From Halomicronema hongdechloris C2206 (lineage in GTDB: Bacteria; Cyanobacteriota; Cyanobacteriia; Phormidesmidales; Phormidesmidaceae), in assembly GCF_002075285.3 (NCBI RefSeq), contig NZ_CP021983.2:840001-872000 (forward strand): a stretch of 32,000 nt of DNA. The letters are read 5' to 3'. How positions within the stretch are numbered: the stretch's first letter is position 1; each line of letters opens with the position of its first letter. The position numbers and the translations under genes are program-made. Below, one piece after another: positions 8,139 to 14,157 of the stretch. A model generated the notes under the pieces. The model was not told the origin of the DNA. It was given only the letters and a program-made list of their open reading frames with translations, and made no database searches.

Positions 8139-9120
8139 TTATGATCTCATACTGAGATCGCTCTGGCTATTTTTCGAGGTGCCCCTTCGATATACGCCAT
8201 TTACAAATGCCAATGGCTATGCATTCTTTCAGGCCAACGGCATAGCATTCTCGTCTCCGGATGATGCGGATTTGATCGTCAGCGGCACCGTTAAGAAGCT
8301 GCTGACCTTCATGGTCAGATTTGGCCGCAAAAAGCACTATCTGTTGTGGACTATCGAGCCCCGATTCAGCCAACATTTTCAAGCCCAGATAGCCTATCCG
8401 CTGTTGCCGCCTGTCCATGTCATGAACGTGTATACCGGCATCTTCGACAACAATTATTTCTTTGCCCCCCAGCAGGTCATAGCGCCTGATATGACTCAGG
8501 CCCTAGCCGGTAGGAAGATGTCAACCGCCGCCCTGATGACCTACCGGAAAGGGCGGCAGTGGCGACTCATTCATCGAGGACGAGACTTGGATCTCTGCAA
8601 TCTAAGGACTGACATCGCCCTGCATGGCTACCGCCGAGGCTGTCTCGATATCTATGGCAAAGGCTGGCCTGAGGTCGTTACGGTAGGCCCCTCTACTAGC
8701 AAAGGACGACAGCAGAATAAGATGGCGATTTTGCGTCAGTATCGGTTTAATCTCTGTTTTGAAAATACCCGCTGGTCCTACTATTGCACCGAAAAGATCT
8801 GGGATGCGATCGCAGCTGGATGCTTACCTATTTACGACGGTCAGGGCACTCAGATCTATGAGGACTTTCCTGCCCACAGCTTCTTGGATTACAGCACCTT
8901 CGAGACCCCCGCGGCCCTGTTTGACTACCTGGACACCATGACAGACGACGAGTTTCAGGTGCGTCTGTGCCGCTGCGTGCAAGCCTATAATCGGGCGGTA
9001 CAAGGCCGACAGAGGACTCAACCTCGTCAGGCCATTCTCCAGAAAACTCTGCAGCGGATAAATAGCATCCTGCAGCATGGGGGGAGTCATCGAGCGCCAG
9101 ATTTGGCCTTAAGACAATGA
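8110..9120 (+). CDS. GT10-family (alpha-1,3/4-fucosyltransferase-like) glycosyltransferase. The 5' end is uncertain because the first 29 nt lie inside the IS5 element.
   Basis: YRFNLCFENTRWSYYCTEKIWDAIAAGCLPIYDG...DFPAHSFLDY (motif starts at 8746) matches the GT10 signature seen in H. pylori FucT (YKFNLCFENT..GYVTEKI.DA...IPIY.G...DF...SF). Confidence 0.8.
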   Translation: MACVLQQNRPYDLILRSLWLFFEVPLRYTPFTNANGYAFFQANGIAFSSPDDADLIVSGTVKKLLTFMVRFGRKKHYLLWTIEPRFSQHFQAQIAYPLLPPVHVMNVYTGIFDNNYFFAPQQVIAPDMTQALAGRKMSTAALMTYRKGRQWRLIHRGRDLDLCNLRTDIALHGYRRGCLDIYGKGWPEVVTVGPSTSKGRQQNKMAILRQYRFNLCFENTRWSYYCTEKIWDAIAAGCLPIYDGQGTQIYEDFPAHSFLDYSTFETPAALFDYLDTMTDDEFQVRLCRCVQAYNRAVQGRQRTQPRQAILQKTLQRINSILQHGGSHRAPDLALRQ

Positions 9121-9550
9121 CTATTCAGGAAATTCCTCGTCTATAAAGCTGTGTATAGGATACGGTCAGCCGGCTACCTACCTATCAACGCCACCTGTAG
9201 TAGAAGCCCAGGGTTGGGTCTTCGGCCCTGGGGGGGAGGTTGTCCTGACGGATAATGAGATGACGATTTCGCATGGACCGGCCTGTGGCTGAGGCATTCT
9301 GCCTAAATGGCAGAGTTAGGTTTGCTTATGGCAACGGATACCGTAGAATACTTCTGTCAATGCGCGCCAAAAATGACTGTATACAGGCTAAGCCTTAATT
9401 CTTGGTAAAAACAGACCGCTTTACCTATGAACTGAGAAGTTAGCATCATCTGCTGACCCTGAGTTCGGTTTAGTCTGCCATCACCACTGCCCGTTTCCCT
9501 GTAGCCTTTCGACTGTTACGAAGCTATATCTTAAGAATCGGGGGTGCCCC

Positions 9551-12208
9551 GTGGCCCTAAGAGTTTATCCCCGCCGGCAGGAGTGGCTAAGTCTGATGGC
9601 AGCCTTGCCCGTTGCCTTCCTGGTTTCACCTGCTGCCACAGCGCAAAGTGTCGTCTTCGACGGCCGCTTCTCTAATCAGCCCCTGGGCAATGGTCCGATA
9701 TATAACATTCTGGCTGGCCATGGTCGCTTTTCAGCCGATGGCCAGAGCCTCTTCTATAGCTTTGACCGCTTTTCCCTGCTGAATGGTGAAACGGCAAATT
9801 TTGCCGATGGCGGAGCCCAAAACATCATCTCTCGCGTCACCGGAAATCTGCAGTCCTCTATTGCCGGCACCATCAATGCCGGGGCCAATTTTTACTTTAT
9901 TAATCCCAACGGGATTACATTTGGTGATGGTGCAACGGTCAATATCGCTGGTGCCTTTGTCGCCTCTACCGCCGACAGCATTTTTTTCGATGCAGCAGGG
10001 CAATTCAGCGCTAGCCAGCCTGATCAATTTGATAATAGTTTACTGACGATCACGGGAGACCCCAGTGGCTTTTCCTACAGCCAAACTGCCCCGGCGCCAA
10101 TTCGGGTAGATGGATTGATCGGCAATCCCGGACGATCCATTTTGTTGGCCGGTGGAGACGTGATGGTGAATGGATTGGTCAGGGCGAGGGGGGGGCTGAT
10201 TGAGATTACCGGGCTTGCGGTCCCTGGCACCGTTGAGATTATTCCCAATTCTCCGTTGGGCGTGGAAATTGATGTTGCAGATAGTGCCACCCGCTCCGAT
10301 ATCACTTTAAGTAATGGTACCTTAGACGTTTCCATTGACAATGCCTTCGTCACCTTTGCAGGAGGCAGTATCGGCATCAAGGGTGACAACATCGACTTGC
10401 TGAATAATAGTGCTATTTGTGCTGGCATAGGGGCCGCTTCTGATTGTAATGGAGATAAATTTCCAAGCAATCCAGTTAATGGTGGGGAGGCAGGCAATAT
10501 CCTGCTGGATGCAACAGGACGCATGCGGCTGCTGGAAGAAAGTGCAGTTGTCAATCGAATAGAATTCGCCGCTTCTGGCAATAATATCAGTAACATTTTT
10601 GATGCTACAGATCCCTTTGGCTCGATTCTCGTTAATGCGGGATCCCTTGAAATTGATGGGATAAATTCACTGATTAGTGCCACTTCGCGGGGGACAGAGG
10701 GAAATGCTGGGCTAGTTATCATCAATGTTGAAACAGACGTTTCGATTTCCGGCGGTACGATTACGGATCCACTTTTTGACATACCTGGAGGTCTCTATAG
10801 TCAGATAGCACCAGGTACTGAGGGTAACGCTGGTGGAATCATTGTTCGTGCTAGTTCTTTGAAGTTTCTAGACAATGCCTTGATAACCAGTCGTAGTTCT
10901 GGTCAGGGAAATGCCGGTGAGGTTCAATTGCTTGTTCCTAATATTTTGATAGATAGCGCCGATGTGATTTCCACAATCGGTCCAGGTGGCACCGGTGAAG
11001 CCGGTAATATTCTGATCCAATCGGATACTTTAAGGCTAACTAATGGAGCGGAAGTATCTACCAGCCTGGAGGGCACCAGCACGGGTACCAATTTCTTCGC
11101 GGGCAATCTGGTGGATGCCATCATCTCAGGTAATTTCGAGGATGTGGTGGCGTCCGTCTTGGTATTCTCTGATTCGGTGACCATCGAAAATGGTTCATCG
11201 GTGACAGCCAGTGCCACGGGCACTGGCAATAGTGGCGGCATTTTCATGCTGGCTGATGGTGATATTCTTTTGAGAAATCAGGGGGCTATCACCAGTGAAG
11301 TGGGACCTGGAAATAATGCCATCAGTGGTGCTATTTTACTGTTCTCAGAACGATTAGGGCTCTCTAATGGCTCTAAGATTAGTGTCGAAAATCAGTCGGC
11401 TAACTTAGCCGGGGCGATTTTAGCCAGGGCTCGGGTAATTGGCTTGGCCAGGAACAGTGCAATTAGTGCCGAGACCAATGCCCAAGTGGCGACGGTCTCT
11501 GGATTAGAGGGGTCCATTTTCTTGAATGGAGAATTTTTATCCCTGTCGCTGAACAGCAATATTCGCACCGATGCCAGCGGATTAGGGGATGGCGGTGACA
11601 TTCAGCTGAACATCACCAATACCGTCTATGCCTCGCCCTCGCGAGACAGTAATATCACCGCCAATGCCACCGGTACCGGTGGCAATATCGTCTTCCCAGC
11701 AACACTGTTGTTGCGCAACATCGCTCCTCGCTCAGATGACTTCCCCGACTCTAATGACATCACCGCCAGCGGTCAGTTTAGTGATGGCACCATTTCCTTT
11801 CAATCAGGCACCCAGGATGTGAATCCGGTGCGGGAGTCGGTGACGTTGCCTAATGATTTAGTCGATGCCTCTAGTCTGATTGCCCAGGGTTGTGCCGCCG
11901 GCAATTTGCGGGCGGCCCAGGAGATTGGAGAACTGGTGGTGACCGGGCGGGGCGGGTTGCCGCCGAGCCCCTCTGAACAGGTGAGCGAGGCCGACATTCT
12001 CACCGAGTTGGCGGAGCGTCCTAGGGTGGAAGGGCGCTCCCAGGATTCGGCAACGACAGCGGTGGCGGCGGCTCCTGCGGTCACCCCCGTGGTGGAAGCC
12101 CAGGGCTGGCACTACCGCGAGGACGGCGACATCGTGTTGACGGCCCAGGCCACTGGGGCAGTGCCCACGGCTCCGGCCTTTGCTTCCTTGGGGTGTGATG
12201 ATTGGTAA
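9551..12208 (+). CDS. TpsA-type exoprotein: filamentous-haemagglutinin N-terminal (TPS) domain plus beta-helical repeats. The alternative start ATG 9596 gives a classical signal peptide.
   Basis: TPS-domain motifs NIISRVTGNLQSSIAGTI and FYFINPNGITFG (NPNGI at 9902-9916). About 8-9 degenerate repeats of the type G-x-G-N/E-A-G-x-I-x-(I/L) are present (TEGNAGLVII, TEGNAGGIIV, GQGNAGEVQL, GTGEAGNILI, GTGNSGGIFM, GGEAGNILL). Signal-like N-terminus MAALPVAFLVSPAATAQS. Confidence 0.9.
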   Translation: MALRVYPRRQEWLSLMAALPVAFLVSPAATAQSVVFDGRFSNQPLGNGPIYNILAGHGRFSADGQSLFYSFDRFSLLNGETANFADGGAQNIISRVTGNLQSSIAGTINAGANFYFINPNGITFGDGATVNIAGAFVASTADSIFFDAAGQFSASQPDQFDNSLLTITGDPSGFSYSQTAPAPIRVDGLIGNPGRSILLAGGDVMVNGLVRARGGLIEITGLAVPGTVEIIPNSPLGVEIDVADSATRSDITLSNGTLDVSIDNAFVTFAGGSIGIKGDNIDLLNNSAICAGIGAASDCNGDKFPSNPVNGGEAGNILLDATGRMRLLEESAVVNRIEFAASGNNISNIFDATDPFGSILVNAGSLEIDGINSLISATSRGTEGNAGLVIINVETDVSISGGTITDPLFDIPGGLYSQIAPGTEGNAGGIIVRASSLKFLDNALITSRSSGQGNAGEVQLLVPNILIDSADVISTIGPGGTGEAGNILIQSDTLRLTNGAEVSTSLEGTSTGTNFFAGNLVDAIISGNFEDVVASVLVFSDSVTIENGSSVTASATGTGNSGGIFMLADGDILLRNQGAITSEVGPGNNAISGAILLFSERLGLSNGSKISVENQSANLAGAILARARVIGLARNSAISAETNAQVATVSGLEGSIFLNGEFLSLSLNSNIRTDASGLGDGGDIQLNITNTVYASPSRDSNITANATGTGGNIVFPATLLLRNIAPRSDDFPDSNDITASGQFSDGTISFQSGTQDVNPVRESVTLPNDLVDASSLIAQGCAAGNLRAAQEIGELVVTGRGGLPPSPSEQVSEADILTELAERPRVEGRSQDSATTAVAAAPAVTPVVEAQGWHYREDGDIVLTAQATGAVPTAPAFASLGCDDW

Positions 12209-14135
12209 GGGGTCATGGCTAGGGGCGGGATTGTTGAGTACCGTCGTTGCCCTGGCGGTGGCTCCGGCAAGCTATGGCTTTGAGGTATCCCTGTCGGATC
12301 ATCAGGGCTGGTCGACGGATAGTCACGACCTGCTGGAGTCTGGGCCGCCAGAGGCAGATCGTAAATCCAGGCGGCTGCCGGCATCGGAACATCCCTCTGT
12401 AAGGATATGGGTCGCTCCCCAGGAAGGACTGTGGCTGGCCCAAAGCGATCCCTTAGACTCCTTACCTTTCGAGCAGCGACCCCCGTCTCAAGAGCCGTTG
12501 CCGGAGTTCGAGCTGCCGCCGCCCCTACCGCCACCAGAGGACTTAATTAAACCCCAGCAGCCGATTCCGGAGACACCGCCGCCGGTGCCGGGGGAGGTGC
12601 CGGAAACCGTGGTGGTGGAGCGGTTTGAGGTGGTGGGCAGCACCGTCTTTACCGAGGAAGAGTTAACGGCGGTGACGGCGCCGTTTACTAACCGGCCCCT
12701 CAGCTTCAATGAACTGTTTCAGGTGCGATCGCAGATCACCGATCTCTACGCCAGCGCAGGCTATATCACTTCGGCGGCGATCATTCCGCCCCAGACCCTG
12801 AGTGAGGGCGTGGTGCGGATTGAGGTGATCGAAGGTCGGCTAGAGGCCGTCCAAGTCACTGGCAACCAGCGCCTACGGGCTGACTATGTCAGCAGCCGCA
12901 TCGCTCCCTATGCCACCGCTCCCCTGCAAATCGAGCGCCTGCTGGAAGGATTACAACTGCTGCAGCTCGACCCCCTGATCCGGCGCGCATCTCCTCAGAA
13001 CTCTCAGCCGGGCCGCAACCCGGCACCAGCCTGCTCAGCATCACCGTCGACGAGGCCAAGACTGGCAGCCTGTCGGTGGATCTCAACAACAACCGTACCC
13101 CCAGCGTCGGCAGCTTTCAGCAGGTGCTGCAACTCACCGAAGACAACTTCAGTGGCCGGGGCGATCGGCTGCAGCTCAGTGTGGGCAACAGTGACGGCAG
13201 TAACACCGCCCAAGCTGGGATACCGCACCTTCGTCAACCCCCAAAATGCCACCGTCGAGCTCACCCTGGGCGGCTCCCTGGGCGAGGTGTTGGAAGGCGA
13301 TCTGGAGCTGCTCGACATCGACTCCCGCTCCTTCTTCGTGGAAGCCACCTGGCGCCAGCCCCTGGTGCGCACCCCCGAGCGCGAGTGGGCCATCGGCGCC
13401 ACCTTCACCCGGCAGCAGAGCGAAGCCTACTTCCTGGGCAACCTGTTCGGCCAATCCGTGCCCTTCCCCGCCATTGGGGCCGATGACAATGGCGTGTCCA
13501 CCGTCTCGGCGCTGCGGCTGTTTACCGACTGGGTGCGGCAAGGGGAACGGCAGGTGCTGGCCTTTCGCTCCCAGCTGAGTCTGGGGCTAGGCAACGTCTT
13601 GGGTGGCACCGTGCAGGATGAAGCCCGGCCGAGTCTGGACCCCACCCTGGAGGAACCACGCCCCGACAACCAGTTCCTCTCCTGGAGTGGCCAAGCCCAG
13701 TGGGTGCGATTGCTGGCCCCCGATACCTTACTGTTGCTGCAGGCCAATGCCCAATGGGGGACGGGCAGTCTCCTGCCAGCCGAGCAGTTCCGCCTGGGGG
13801 GCCAAACCAGTGTGCGCGGCTACCGCCAGGATTTTCTACTGGTGGACCGTGGCATCTCGGCCTCGGCGGAGGTGCGCCTGCCCCTCTATCGCACTCCCCT
13901 GGGAGACCAACTGCTGCAGGTGACCCCCTTCTTCGATGTCGGCGCCGGCTGGAACAACCGTCAGACTCCAGAGGACAATTTTTTAGCGGCGATCGGGGTC
14001 GGTCTCCTGTGGCAGCAACCCAATCTCACGGCGCGAGTCGATTGGGGCATTCCCCTGGTGTCGGTGGATAGCTTTGGTGATTCCCTGCAGGAGAATGGTT
14101 TGTATTTCTCGCTGGTGTATCGGCCGACGTGGTAG
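12198..14135 (+). CDS. TpsB outer-membrane transporter (ShlB/FhaC/HecB family, POTRA plus beta-barrel), with two apparent compensating frameshifts at about 12987 and about 13210
   Basis: Signal peptide MIGKGSWLGAGLLSTVVALAVAPASYG. POTRA region VVERFEVVGSTVFTEEEL...VVRIEVIEGRLEAVQVTGN. Barrel C-terminus FRLGGQTSVRGYRQD...FFDVGAGW...GLYFSLVY. The ATG at 12198 overlaps the tpsA stop (12206-12208). Nucleotides 12989-13213 look ShlB-like only in frame 2 (ISSELSAGPQPGTSLLSITVDEAKTGSLSVDLNNNRTPSVGSF...GRGDRLQLSVGNSDGSNTA), whereas the open frame-0 reading is Cys/Pro/Ser-rich and not ShlB-like. Confidence 0.85.
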   Translation: MIGKGSWLGAGLLSTVVALAVAPASYGFEVSLSDHQGWSTDSHDLLESGPPEADRKSRRLPASEHPSVRIWVAPQEGLWLAQSDPLDSLPFEQRPPSQEPLPEFELPPPLPPPEDLIKPQQPIPETPPPVPGEVPETVVVERFEVVGSTVFTEEELTAVTAPFTNRPLSFNELFQVRSQITDLYASAGYITSAAIIPPQTLSEGVVRIEVIEGRLEAVQVTGNQRLRADYVSSRIAPYATAPLQIERLLEGLQLLQLDPLIRRASPQNSQPGRNPAPACSASPSTRPRLAACRWISTTTVPPASAAFSRCCNSPKTTSVAGAIGCSSVWATVTAVTPPKLGYRTFVNPQNATVELTLGGSLGEVLEGDLELLDIDSRSFFVEATWRQPLVRTPEREWAIGATFTRQQSEAYFLGNLFGQSVPFPAIGADDNGVSTVSALRLFTDWVRQGERQVLAFRSQLSLGLGNVLGGTVQDEARPSLDPTLEEPRPDNQFLSWSGQAQWVRLLAPDTLLLLQANAQWGTGSLLPAEQFRLGGQTSVRGYRQDFLLVDRGISASAEVRLPLYRTPLGDQLLQVTPFFDVGAGWNNRQTPEDNFLAAIGVGLLWQQPNLTARVDWGIPLVSVDSFGDSLQENGLYFSLVYRPTW

Positions 14136-14157
14136 GGGCATGGGGAGGTAGACACCG

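Noticed and set aside
6990-8185. Alternative IS5 boundaries using the shared AAAAATAG (about 7011-7018) and its inverted partner near 8166-8176
   Set aside because: Only 8 nt match, there is no flanking duplication, and the sequences diverge on both sides. The GGTC.G.TT ends with the flanking TTA/TTA are a better, though still tentative, solution.
9206-9232. Hairpin CCCAGGG-N12-CCCTGGG after the GT10 gene as a Rho-independent terminator
   Set aside because: No T-tract follows; a G-run does instead, and the loop is long. It is not convincing as an intrinsic terminator.
10075-10782. 235-aa antisense ORF inside tpsA. Similar long shadow ORFs occur at 12112-12534(-), 13004-13408(-), 13176-13541(-), 15664-16038(-), 18921-19847(-), 19875-20180(-), 22453-22983(+), 22842-23417(+) and 7320-7904(+).
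   Set aside because: Each overlaps a strongly supported gene on the other strand or frame. Their translations are low-complexity (Pro/Arg/Ala/Gly/Ser-rich) with no recognisable motifs. Long open shadow frames are expected in GC-rich coding DNA.
9551-12208. Contact-dependent inhibition (CdiA-like) toxin or haemolysin interpretation of TpsA
   Set aside because: There is no VENN/pretoxin motif, no distinct C-terminal toxin-like domain, no small immunity ORF after it, and no ShlA-type activation context. The tail is followed directly by tpsB.
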